From the NCBI RefSeq assembly GCF_037042905.1, contig NC_087245.1, forward strand, positions 40,302,001 through 40,366,000: a stretch of 64,000 nt of DNA, given 5' to 3'. Both the position numbers and the translations under genes were made by a program. The notes under the pieces were generated by a model. That model saw only the letters and a list, made by a program, of their open reading frames with translations, was not told where the DNA came from and did not search any database. Positions 51,986-64,000 of the stretch are shown here, one piece after another. Source of the DNA: Lytechinus pictus. Taxonomy: Eukaryota. Each line of letters begins with the position of its first letter. Within the stretch, counting starts at the first letter, position 1.

Positions 51986-54062
51986 TACGAAGCCCCAAAC
52001 CGGACATTTTTGACTGCGTACGTACGTAATAATTATCACGTACGTACGTAGTATTATTACGTACGTACGTGATAATTATTACGTACGTACGCAGTATTAT
52101 TGCGTACGTACGTGATAATTATTACGTACGTACGTGATAATTATTACGTACGTACGTGATAATTATTACGTACGTACGCAGTATTATTACGTACGTACGC
52201 AGTATTATTACGTACGTACGTGATAATTATTACGTACGTGCGTGATAATTATTACGTACGTACGCAGTATTATTACGTACGTACGTAGTATTCTAATTTT
52301 CATTGGTCTATGGAATCCGATATTCGCCGAATGTGGCCGACATCGGCACCCCGCATTGGCACAACCAACGTCAGCTTGCTAGCTGGGACCATGGTTGGAC
52401 CATAGTCATGCTGGTGATGATCATGACTTTTCATCGATTATAGGGCCTATATAACAGGGACCTGGGAACGATTTTTTCAGTGGGGGTGCTGAAATCTCTC
52501 CTCAAAGGTGGGGGGACACAATAATTGAATTTTCCATAATTACACACACACACACACCTCTAAGGGCACCACACACACACCAACCAATCCTCCCCCCACA
52601 CACATATATATATATATATACATATATATGACAGTCACTTCTTAGCTTTCTTCTTATAAAAGAACATAGATATATAATGAGATAAGTCGAGCGCGATCGA
52701 AACGCGAGCTATTTTTTGGGGGGGAAATTCATGTATTTTGTCCTGAAAAATTGAATATTTTGAGCAATGTTTGTGGTCCTGAACAAGATGCGTATGTAAC
52801 AAATAATAACTGCGAACGTGATCAGTGCGAGCAGATATTTTTTATATACGCTCTGGTCTGATCGAAAGGGAAGTGTTATAAGGAATGTTTGCAGTTACTC
52901 ATTAAGACGATTCATATATCACCAATCAAATAATGCGAGCGCGAAGCGCGAGCTGAAAAAATTGACATTCCGACCTAAATACTGGACATTCTAAGCACTT
53001 TTTGCAATCATGAACAGGATAAGATGCGAGCGCGAAGCGCGAGCGGAAACAAAATTGAGATTTTAGACCAAAAAACGAGACATTCTAAGCACTTTTCTAA
53101 TCAAGAACAGGATATGTATATAAATATACAATTGATGCGAGCGCGAAGCGCGAGCGGAATTAAAAATGAGATTTCAGACCTAAGAACAGGACATCTTAAG
53201 CACTTTTCTAATCATGAACAGGATAGGTATATAACTATACAATTGATGCGAGCGCAAAGAGCGAGCGGAAACAAAATTGAGATTTCAGACCTATAATTGG
53301 GACATTCTATTCATGTTTTGAAAATCAAGAAAATGATGGGTAATTGGATATATTCTTACATTAATAATGTGAGCGCAAAGCGCGAGCAGAATTTTTTTGA
53401 TATTCTGATCTGAAACTCCACACTGAATGCAATATGGTTTGAACAGATAAAGAGAAATCAGGCGAACATAAGAATAAAGATTTGATCAAAATCCGACAAG
53501 GAATATCAAAGTTATTGCATTTTAAAGATTAGCATTATTCCGGTGAAACAGTTTTAAGCATGTCTTCATTAATATTCAGTGAGCAAACTGATGATGTCAT
53601 ATCCCCAATTGTTCTTTTGTATTTTATTATATAAAATTACGTACGTGATAATACTGCGTACGTACGTAATAATTATCACGTACGTACGTAATAATACTGC
53701 GTACGTACGTGATAATACTGCGTACGTACGTAATAATTATCACGTACGTACGTAATAATACTGCGTACGTACGTAATAATACTGCGTACGTACGTAATAA
53801 TTATCACGTACGTACGTAATAATACTGCGTACGTACGTGATAATACTGCGTACGTACGTAATAATTATCACGTACGTACGTAATAATACTGCGTACGTAC
53901 GTAATAATTATCACGTACGTACGTAATAATTATCACGTACGTACGTAATAATACTGCGTACGTACGTAATAATATTACGTACGTACGTAATAATACTGCG
54001 TACGTACGTGATAATTTTTTTTTTTTTTTGGATGTCAAAAATGTCCGGTTTGGGGCTTCGTA
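51986..54062. mobile_element. TIR element with inverted ACGT-rich subterminal satellite arrays and internal fragments of other transposons
   Basis: TACGAAGCCCCAAACCGGACATTTTTGAC / GTCAAAAATGTCCGGTTTGGGGCTTCGTA; arrays at about 52014-52290 and 53637-54015. Confidence 0.8.
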
Positions 54063-54074
54063 GGTACGTACAAT

Positions 54075-55470
54075 TATATTAAAACTTTATTCCTATTGTA
54101 TAATTCCTTAGTACTCCCGTACATAACCTATTGTATTGGGCTAATTGTAAAGCTGACTTCTATTTTTAGATTACAAAAGAGAATTATTCGCATTTGTACA
54201 GGATCGCATTACCTGGCTCACACTGACCCTTTATTTTTCAAACAGAAAACACTGAAAGTTGCCGACTTGTACACTCTTCAAGGAGCTATCATTATGTTTA
54301 AGTATATATCAATAATCTACTCCCATCGTCTTTTGATGACATGTTTAAGTTCAATAGTTCTGTCCATACAGGGGCGTCGATCCGTTTTTCAGATTGGGGG
54401 GGCAAAATCATAAATCAACGTTCCAAAGGCGTTCGATCACACAAAATGAACAAACCACCCCCCACACACATAGGCCTATATATATATATAGGCCTACATA
54501 TATATATATATATATATGTACATGATTCATGAGAAAGAGACACATATCTCACCAACAAATTAATATGCGAGCGCGAAGCGCGAGCTGAAATTTTTTAGTA
54601 TACTGACCTGGAAACGGGGAAAAAGGTACCTGTTTAGGACTTTTTGTAGTAACTCATGAGGACGACATGTATCTCACTAACAGATAATGAGAGTGCCGAG
54701 AGCGAGCTGAAAATTAATTTATTTATATTCTGACCTGAAAGCTTGATATTCTAAGCGTTTTGAGTACCAATAATTAAGACATTTCTAACTGAAAAAATGA
54801 CAGTTTAATGGACGTTTTTAATAAAGAACAAGATATATATCCAACAAAAGATTGTTGCAAATCGAAGCAGGAGTTCTTTTGAGGTTAAGAACTGAAAAGG
54901 GGACAATTTCACCTATTTAATAACGAAAAGTATGGGTTTTTGCTACAAAAATGATGCGAGCGCGAAGCGCGAGCTGAACATTTTTATATTCCAATTTGAA
55001 AAGCAGACATTTTGAGCACGATTTTAGATAAAGAACGAGTTGTGTATTTCAATCTCGCTTGCTGATTTCTGTGTAACATTATAATCTCATTATTTTATTT
55101 TTGCACATGCGGAATTATTGGGGGGGCAAAACGATATGTTTGCCCCCCCCAATATTTTCATTGGTGGGGCGATCGCCCCCCCCTGCCCCCCCCCCCCCCA
55201 GGATCGACGCCTCTGTGTCCATACCTACCCAACTCGTACATCTGGAAACTTTCATCTCACAAACCCCAGACTGTTAATTACCTCTAAATCAATTCGACAT
55301 CATGGTCCAGACATTTGGAATAATTTTGCAGACAATATTAAATCTTGTTCTACTTTATACTCATTAAAATCAACTCTTAAAAAAAATATCATTCAATCTT
55401 ATTCATCCGACACTTCAAATTGATTCTCATTAACAACCAAAAACTATAAACTAAAAATAATAATAACAAT
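54075..55470 (+). mobile_element. CR1/L2-clade LINE 3' fragment (ORF2 C-terminus), split by a hAT insertion
   Basis: LYNSLVLPYITYC...LQKRIIRI...AHTDPLF...HTYPTR...SIRHHGPDIWNNF...LKKNII. Confidence 0.8.
54369..55215. mobile_element. Non-autonomous hAT element
   Basis: TIR CAGGGGCGTCGATCC / GGATCGACGCCTCTG; perfect 8-bp TSD TGTCCATA; same internal repeats as 16969-18166. Confidence 0.9.
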
Positions 55471-56753
55471 AATTATACTGCTATTTACAGCACCCGCACC
55501 TGCACCTGCATCGCACCCACTTGTTCAGCAATTACCGATCTTAGTCACGAACCCTTTTTATGAGGCCGCCAGGTCTCCTGCGTTCATTTGTTTATGCTGC
55601 TTTTTATTATCATCCTAATGTGAAGTATATGCCCAAATCATTTTTTTTCTATTTATGTAATGTGAAGTATATATACCCAAACCATTTTTTTTTCTTTCTA
55701 ATTATTATGTTTATGTTGTAAACATTATGGATTGTTTTATATATTGCAAACAATGTAAATACTTTTTGATAATGTATTGTGAACGCAGAAATAAAATAAA
55801 ACAAACAAAACAATTATTGGTATTACTTTTGTTATTAGGCACATCGTCCTCAATATTTGACTTGGGAGACTGGTTGAATTGCAACATGATAGTTCTGGCA
55901 AATTTTGCTATTTTTTATGCATGAATTATTGTAGTTTGGGGGCAGGTTACTTTTCTTAAAAAGAAGAGAAATGGAAATAAACAGAGAGGAGTGCAAACTC
56001 TTAACTAGCTAAAAAGAGGCTATATTGGACTTGGACGATCAGATACGGGAACGAACAACAAATATAACTCGAAGTCGCAATCGAGATGGGAATGGGATTG
56101 CCACTTTGATCTCGCCCCTTTTCCCCTTGCAATGCAAATATGCATGAATTAATGTAGTTTGGGGGCAGGTTACCGTAAAAAGAAGAGAAATGGAAATAAA
56201 CAGAGAGGAGTGCAAACTCTTAACTAGCTAATTGTCAGTGATCACTGGAGTTCCCCCAGCCTCCCGTCTTCGTGGTCAGTTTTGATTAGTGTTTTCCACT
56301 TCCAATGAAATTTCCTGAATTCCAAGAAATCCGGTCACATTTTCAGATAATTTTCGGGACTAAATAAATGAAAAAATTCCAGGAAATTAAAAAAAATTAC
56401 AATCAAACTACGAATGAACGTATAAGCTTTCAATATTCATGTTATATTTAAAGAATTGTTTGCTTCATACGTAGCTAAAAATTTTCTGCTCGCGCTCTGC
56501 TTTTGTAGACTCGCTTATTTGTTATATATTGTCCTATTTTCGTTAAAGATAAACTTTGAAAATTCCATGCAGGAATTATGTCTGTGAATTTTAGGAAATT
56601 TGATCAGTTTCGGGAAGTTTGTTTTGGATCTGTGGAAACACTGGTTTTGATTCCCTTCCACTGCCTCAGTTTCTATCAACATCTCGGACACCTCCCTAGC
56701 TTCTAATTGCTTTTCTTCTTTTCTGCCAATCGGCTCTAGCTGTCTCAGTTTTA

Positions 56754-57778
56754 GGGTGCGTTTATCCGCCACTTTTTTACCCTATAATCATGATTCCAAT
56801 CATGATTCAAATCACGATTCTGCAGAATCACGATTGCGTTTAGTCGAAATTGAATATAATCATGATTAGAATCACAAACATGAACTACGAAAAAAAGGGC
56901 GTTTGGAAAGACGTTTCTGCAGAATCACGTACGAAAATGTTCGGATAAACGATATCGTGATTTGAATCATGATTATATGACGTCATTGTGTCGAGCTATT
57001 TCCGGTTCTTGCCAAGGCGCGCGCCCCACGTTGTCACATCACATGTACGTCGCCGACCTCCAATTAAGTGTCCAACGTTGACCTATACTTCCTGGGTCAA
57101 ACTGCGCACTGTGATGCGCACTGGATCGGTCCGAATCCGAGGAGAAACAGCGTTGGAACGAAGGTAGTAATTGTGATTCATGTTTGTGATTTGAATCATG
57201 ATTCCAATCATGATTCAAATCACGATTCTGGCTTGAGGTCGGATAAACGCAGCCTTAGGCTGCGTTTATCCGACCTCAAGCCAGAATCGTGATTTGAATC
57301 ATGATTGGAATCATGATTCAAATCACAAACATGAATCACAATTACTACAGAATCAGGGTTTAGACGACCTTCGTTCCAACGCTGTTTCTCCTCGGATTCG
57401 GACCGATCCAGTGCGCATCACAGTGCGCAGTTTGACCCAGGAAGTATAGGTCAACGTTGGACACTTAATTGGAGGTCGGCGACGTACATGTGATGTGACA
57501 ACGTGGGGCGCGCGCCTTGGCAAGAACCGGAAATAGCTCGACACAATGACGTCATATAATCATGATTCAAATCACGATATCGTTTATCCGAACATTTTCG
57601 TACGTGATTCTGCAGAAACGTCTTTCCAAACGCCCTTTTTTTCGTAGTTCATGTTTGTGATTCTAATCATGATTATATTCAATTTCGACTAAACGCAATC
57701 GTGATTCTGTAGAATCGTGATTTGAATCATGATTGGAATCATGATTATAGGGTAAAAAAGTGGCGGATAAACGCACCC
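56754..57778. mobile_element. Two inverted copies of a ~500-bp PIF/Harbinger MITE forming a 1-kb palindrome
   Basis: TTA|56754-57254|TTA|57258-57778|TTA; TIR GG(G/C)TGCGTTTATCCG. Confidence 0.88.
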
Positions 57779-58319
57779 TTAGTATCTCACACCTCTCTTC
57801 CACTCAAAATATGATTAGTATCTTCTATTCATCACCCATGATCCTCAAATAGGCCTGCCCAAATAAATCAATGAAGCCGGGACGAAGCACCATGATACAT
57901 AACCCCAACAAATATTACAGTGGGACTCTGAACCCAAATTGTTGAAGGGAAATTCGATCGAAACGATGGCATAAATTGTTTTCTTTTGAAAGAAAATTCA
58001 GAGAGGCAGACAATGCACTTAGGTCGAAGTTTTAATAAATGATACAAACAACTTTCATATATATATATATATTTTCCGGCCAAGTATTTTGCAAAACATA
58101 TGGGCCTATAAACAAAATGACTTAATTCAGATTTCCACCAGAACTATCTTAAGTTACCCTTGAAATATACTTCCTCTCTTAAGACATCGCGCGGGGGCGG
58201 GGGGGGGGGGGGTGGAAGGTTCATCATGCACACCTCATAAATTCTCATTCATCCCCATAAAAAAAACATGCAAACAACAAAAACTCATTTTTTGATATTT
58301 ACTGGACGAGCACCCGGCC

Positions 58320-58857
58320 CCAGTGGGCCACTTCCATTGACGAGTGGACACATGCGTGACCCCCCCCCCCAAAAAAAAAAAACTTTACACGTAAATATAG
58401 GATCTCAATTTCAAGATAGGGCACGTTACGCGTACATATCGTAATGTCAAAAACGCTAAAATAATTTTAAAAAGGTATATACTTTGCTAGGAAAATACCG
58501 TGTTTACCGTCCACTTTTTTTTGCAGAGGTATTAAAAGACTAAAATATTAAAGGATGTACGTACTTTTTGCCCCATCACTAAGTGTTTTTAGGGTCCGAC
58601 TTTTTTGAGCGAGGTGTGTGGGGTGGTACTAAATCCTATAAAAGTTATAAAGCCGATCGACATCCGTGACAACAATTAAGTTATCGTTATACTTGGTCAG
58701 GGGATATTTGTCAAGGGTGACCGTTTTGTTTCCAATACTCGTTAAGGGGTGCATTTTCAGAACATGGAAAATACTTGTTTAGGGTGCATGCTTATTTCGA
58801 TACCCCCGGTGGTCACGCATGTTATCCGGCCACTCGTCAATGCAAGTGCCCCCCTGG
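58320..58857. mobile_element. MITE
   Basis: CACTTCCATTGACGAGTGG ... CCACTCGTCAATGCAAGTG. Confidence 0.6.
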
Positions 58858-59024
58858 CCCTCTCAGTAATATTAACGGTTGTCTGTGTGCCGGATTGGAC
58901 ATACAGAAAGCCATAGACAAACCTTTTTTATCTTCTGCAAATTCCATGCTTGAGAAATGCCCCCCCCCCCATTTTTTAAAAATGAATTTGAATAGTGAAC
59001 CTCCTTATTTAATATATATATACA

Positions 59025-59843
59025 CAGTGCGTCCCAGAAAAAACGAAACCGAGATTTAGCGATGATTTATCATAACTTGATCACAAATAAAATAGACAAA
59101 TGACCTACCAATGTAAAGCTTAGAATCTCCTCTTTCATCTGATATTACTTAGATTATTCCTTATTCACGCATGAGTGAGCAAAAATAATTTGAAGAAAGG
59201 ATACCAAAAACTCATTTGGCGGGGGGTATCTGAATTTCAAAAAGAAAATCACAAGTCTTAAAAGTTCAATATCTGCTCTTTAATTTGATACCTCAATTAC
59301 AGAAAATGGTCAAGAAATAACAAAGTTCTGGTTATTTAAAATAAGGCTTGAATTTCCATAATTTCATTAAATAAACTGTTATCACCGGTTTCCCACAGAA
59401 GCTATCGCATGGTTAACAAAAGACTCAATGCATGGCTGATCGTCAACAAAACGGAGTGCCGAGTGAGTTTGAACGCTAGCCTGTAAAACTTCTTCATTTT
59501 ATGAAATTATTGAAATTCAAGCCTTATTTCAAATAACCAGAACTTTGTTATTTCTTGACCATTTTCTGTAATTGAGGTATCAAATCAAAGAGCAGATATT
59601 GAACTTTTGAAAAATGTGATTTTCCTTTTGAAAGCCAGATACAACCCGCCAAATGACTTTTTGGTATCCCCTCTTCAAATTGTTTTTGCTCACTCATGCG
59701 TGAAGGAGAAATAATCTAAGTAATATCAGATGAAAGAAGAGATTCTAAGCTTTACATTGGTAGGTCATTTGTCTATTTTATTTGTGATTAAGTTATGATA
59801 AATTATCGCTAAATCTCGGTTTCGTTTTTTCTGGGACGCACTG
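59025..59843. mobile_element. Tc1/mariner-type MITE with ~340-bp TIRs in a (TA)n site
   Basis: CAGTGCGTCCCAGAAAAAACGAAACCGAG ... CTCGGTTTCGTTTTTTCTGGGACGCACTG|TA; a related end lies near 41170. Confidence 0.85.
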
Positions 59844-61369
59844 TATATATATTTTTTTGGGGGAGGGGGTTACAATATCCTAAAATCTGCTTCAGGCTTT
59901 TCCATTGTTAAATCAAATGTCTATTGCTTGTATAGTTGTAAAGCTCATAACACACAATATTTTTCAAAACAATCACACATACATACAGAAATGATTTGTA
60001 AAATATGCATCTTAACGTAGGATTAATACTAAGACTTGATAAAATTCACATAATTTGGATACAATTTCTTTTTGTGTGTAAATACTACTACAAAGATGTA
60101 CTGTACCGTTACACTAATGCTGGGTTCCAAAAGGTGGCAGCAGCTGAGTCCGCCATACACCCAACCCATAATCACTGGATCATTTGGCTGTCATTTTTTA
60201 GAAGGGATTTTTATTAAGTAAAATTCAATTTCTAAAGCACTTTTGTGATGAAATCTTGGTGACTGATGAAGTTACTCATCAGACAAGCCCACCCTTGACT
60301 TTTCACAATTCAGTCTCTTCTTGTCTCATTCTACCTTGGCAAAAACAACAACACAAAACGGGTCTTCAAGACTCTCCAATCAAAAGAACAGAGCACAATT
60401 ACAATATGACAATGATGTTTTTTTAATGCGCTCTTGCCAACATTTAGAATCCATCATGGAATTTAACCTTTGTACACATATAGGAATAATCATAGAAGAA
60501 CTTTTGAGTATATTTACAAATATTAAAAAAAATATAAATAAAAGTGTGATATTCAACATCACTGGCAGTCCTCGAATGCTCCACAAGAAAATACATAAAA
60601 TACATGGACTAAAAGAGAGACTTTCCCAATGTGGTATACACATGTACTGTATATCACCAATGTAGGTGGCCATGCAGGCTTGAGTAAATATTAAACAAGG
60701 TCAATACTGAATGAGGAGCTGGCATTGTCATGTCAGACTGAACAATACACACTCAATATTTGTATGAAATAATTGCCTTTGACTATTTGCATTCTCATGA
60801 CAATTTTCATTCTTGGATCAAAATCTATGTTGATAGGTTTCAAATAGAATGTGAAGCATCATAGAAAATGTAAACAAGCAATTATCAGACAGAGAATTCC
60901 TTTGCTCAGGTTAATTCACCTTTGTACCCATATACCGTTGCCCCCTTCCCCAGGCCCCAAAAGCTTCTACATATAGTTTAATATGATCAGTTGATGCATG
61001 TATTTTTAAAAAGAATTGAAATTTTGGATGTGACCCTCCCCCCCCCCAAAAAAAAAAAAAATCCTCACATATTATATGATCAGTTCATGCATGTATTTCA
61101 TATTGTTGACCATGTTTTTTATGTTAAAACTTAAGTTATAGTAGCCAAAATTATACCATTATATCAAAAATATCTTTATTTTCCCCCTTAATTACATAGA
61201 GTATGGACCTACAAGAAATGGACTCCTTTGATGCAATGTTAGCTGCCTTTTGATTAAATGTGCATCTCAGAAAGGATGTAAATAAACAGGAATTTTGACA
61301 ATAGCATTAGCAACTACTAATGATTAAGAAAGAAGCTTGGTTGATTTCTAAAGTCATATTATAGAAGAA

Positions 61370-61808
61370 TTTACCTTTCAATCAACATATTTCAGATTTG
61401 GAGCAGCAATATTGAGAACAACGATTTTGTGATATTAAATTTGTTACTATCAATTCACAAACTTCCACACATGCATGCTGTAATGACCTCAGTATCAATG
61501 AGAGAAACACAATCCCACAACAAGCTACACGTATGTGTCATGAATCTCTGGAATATTATCTGATGATTAACATAGGAGCAGTTTTTAGTGTTGGTTGATG
61601 GCTGAAGTCATGTATAAGAATATACCTTTCAATTAACATATTTCAGATTTGGAGCAGCAAAATTGAGAACGACGATTTTTGTGATATAAAATTTGTTACT
61701 ATCAATTCACAAACTTCCACACATGCATGCTGTAATGACCTCAGTAACAATGAGAGAAACACAATTCTGACAAGCTAGAAGTATGTGCCACGTATCTCTG
61801 GAATATTA
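61370..61808. repeat. About 250-bp tandem duplication
   Basis: ACCTTTCAAT.AACATATTTCAGATTTGGAGCAGCAA at 61374 and 61624. Confidence 0.85.
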
Positions 61809-62847
61809 GGAGGAAACTTGGAAATGATACAAAAATCAAATTACAATACAGCCTCTGTCTTGAAATATATTCTCCTAAATACACCGCATGGAACTAAGAT
61901 TGTAAACTGTAAACCAGTACTGCACACATAGGATCTCCAGGATTTAAGTGATTATCTTCTATGCATACAGTTCATGCAACAATGTTTATTTGGACTGCTC
62001 CTTTAATCCTATGGCCTACTTGATGGCAACCATTATGGGATCAAAGTAAACAATTAGGGAGAGAATATTATTCAAATAGCAGTGTTAGACTAGAGAATTC
62101 AATAATTAACCCATGAATTTCCGTCTTTCATTGGTCTATGATAAGAGTAATATTATCAATCACCCTGGAAATATATGTTTGCAATTTGTAGTAAAAGGCA
62201 AACAACATTTTATAATTCTTCTCAATTTTCTGATATATAGTTACATGTATAAGCTACGTGCCCTCCAGAAGGAAGCACATTTACAATGTATCATATAAAA
62301 ATAGTACATAATTTGTTCATACCTTACACAATCGACAATTAAAAATTACATTAGAAAATGTGTTTTCTTCTAGTTGCTTTCACAATTTGAATATTAATCA
62401 GTAGCGGAATGAGCCAAACATTTTGAGGGGCCAGACGTGGCAAAATTTCTAATTGAATTCAAAGATCTAATTAGTTCATACGGTTTGATGCAATATCTAT
62501 AAATAAGTATATTTCACCCTTTTCATTCCTTTTTCCCTCTTTTTTTTTCTTAGTCCTGAGGTTTTTTGGGGGGTCCATGGCCACCCCCCTTGTACATCAG
62601 TGATATTTATGATATATACAGACTTGCCATAAATGAGTGATTGAAACAAAATGTCACCTCTTTGTCAAAAATATTCTATCACATTGGATTTGCAAATTCA
62701 AAATGATATTTTTGCCAACGTTTTTGCTTCTTAAGAGTATTCATTTAAACCAAAATGATGGGCATGGTCTGACCATTACAGTAATGTATTGAAAAATACA
62801 TGGATACTATGTGATTTTAAGACCAGCTGATCTCACTTTAAAACACC

Positions 62848-63398
62848 CAGAGGGGCTGTCTCATAATGCTTTTAGTAAGTTACGCCCAACTTCACGCATA
62901 ACTGGGATTCTCTCTCATGTAAAATGTGATACCCTAGAAGTCAAGTTTTAACATATGAGGTTGGTTTTTTTTTGTTAACCCCAATTAAACTCTCTTTTTT
63001 CCATTTGGATGCTAGTTAAACGATTTTAATCTACAAGGATTGGATTTAAATTGAAGCTGATGAAAATCTAAATGATTAGCATCCAAGACAGGAACACCAG
63101 TCAAGCGTAACGTATCAAGAGCATTATGAAACACCACCCAGGGGGCCCCCGTTTCATAAAGACTTGCAACTATTGTAACTTTGCAATTACGGTTACTAGT
63201 ACTACCATGGAAATCTTGATTGCGATTGCGATTACCATTGCTGTAGGTCTTTATGAAACATAAATCCAGGGCCCTGTTGCATAAAAGTTACTACCATGGT
63301 GACGCTGATCAACATCCAATCAAAATCAAGGATTCCATGAAAGTTACCATTGGATGGCAAAGTTTCTATAATAATAACTTTTATGCAATGGGATCCAG
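62848..63398. mobile_element. Chain of three degenerate Harbinger-like MITEs joined by CAG
   Basis: Junctions near 63140 and 63268; each unit has short TIRs. Confidence 0.55.
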
Positions 63399-64000
63399 GT
63401 GTGTATTATTATTATTGTCTTTGACCAAGAGCTTCAGTCTCTATACTGACTGATGATCGTTCATTAAGAGCATCTTTCTTCCAATGACTGTCTGAATCTA
63501 GAGGTCCTTCAGAAGTCCATATTAAGCACATTTCCATGGCAACATTCAGTTTCCGCAATAAAATGGATGAAAATGCAGTTTGTAAGAATGCATTCCAAAG
63601 CCGATGAAAAGAAGGATGACAGACATCCAGTCTGATCCTCTTCTTCAGGTAAGAAATCCTGCTCAAAAGCACAATGGCAGTTTGAAACCCAGACATTCTC
63701 AAGTCACGCAGTCTGATGTCCTGTTCATACGAATGTCCTGCTCACATATAGAATCCATGGCACAATGGCTGTGTGATGTCCCATTCACATTGACAGTTTA
63801 AATTTCAGTCCTGGAGCTGCTTTACAGTGGAAAGCACCGAACCAGACTTGTTTGTCCGTATCTGAAAATTGCCCATCGCCTTCCATTCTATTTAAAATGA
63901 AAACATACACAAAGCAAATATTACTGAAGTTACCTTGATGGCCACATCTCACTGTCTTCACAAACAGGGTGTACAGATGAGTGTGGCAGGGTTAAGGAGG

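Noticed and set aside
52014..54015. ACGT-rich arrays as a CRISPR array
   Set aside because: No unique spacers and no cas genes; eukaryotic context; these are subterminal repeats of a TIR element.
63934..63950. DVAIK kinase-like motif
   Set aside because: Two stops just upstream in that frame and no other kinase subdomains.

Overview
Eukaryotic, AT-rich, intron-rich DNA. The repeat families look echinoderm (sea-urchin-like); this is inferred, not proven. Two spliced genes can be rebuilt on the minus strand with GT-AG sites and matching phases. (1) A 5-exon VCP lysine methyltransferase gene (VCPKMT/METTL21D, 7004-16738). Its exon 1 has a 5-bp TA-CCG-TA insertion that breaks the frame, and the end of its last exon is repeated about 5 times in the 3' UTR. 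(2) An MFS transporter gene (SLC18B1-like, 27879-43745). It has two tandem 148-nt copies of one exon that look mutually exclusive, and a possible dileucine-bearing tail in the +1 frame just past the stop. The rest is mostly non-autonomous transposons: nested hAT elements, CWG-linked PIF/Harbinger MITE chains and a 3-copy array, TTAA-flanked MITEs, Tc1/mariner MITEs, Helentron/Pearl-like elements, tRNA-derived SINEs, a CR1/L2 fragment, a 2A-like motif remnant and several long palindromes. I found no prokaryotic features and no CRISPR array. All coordinates and counts were read by eye.
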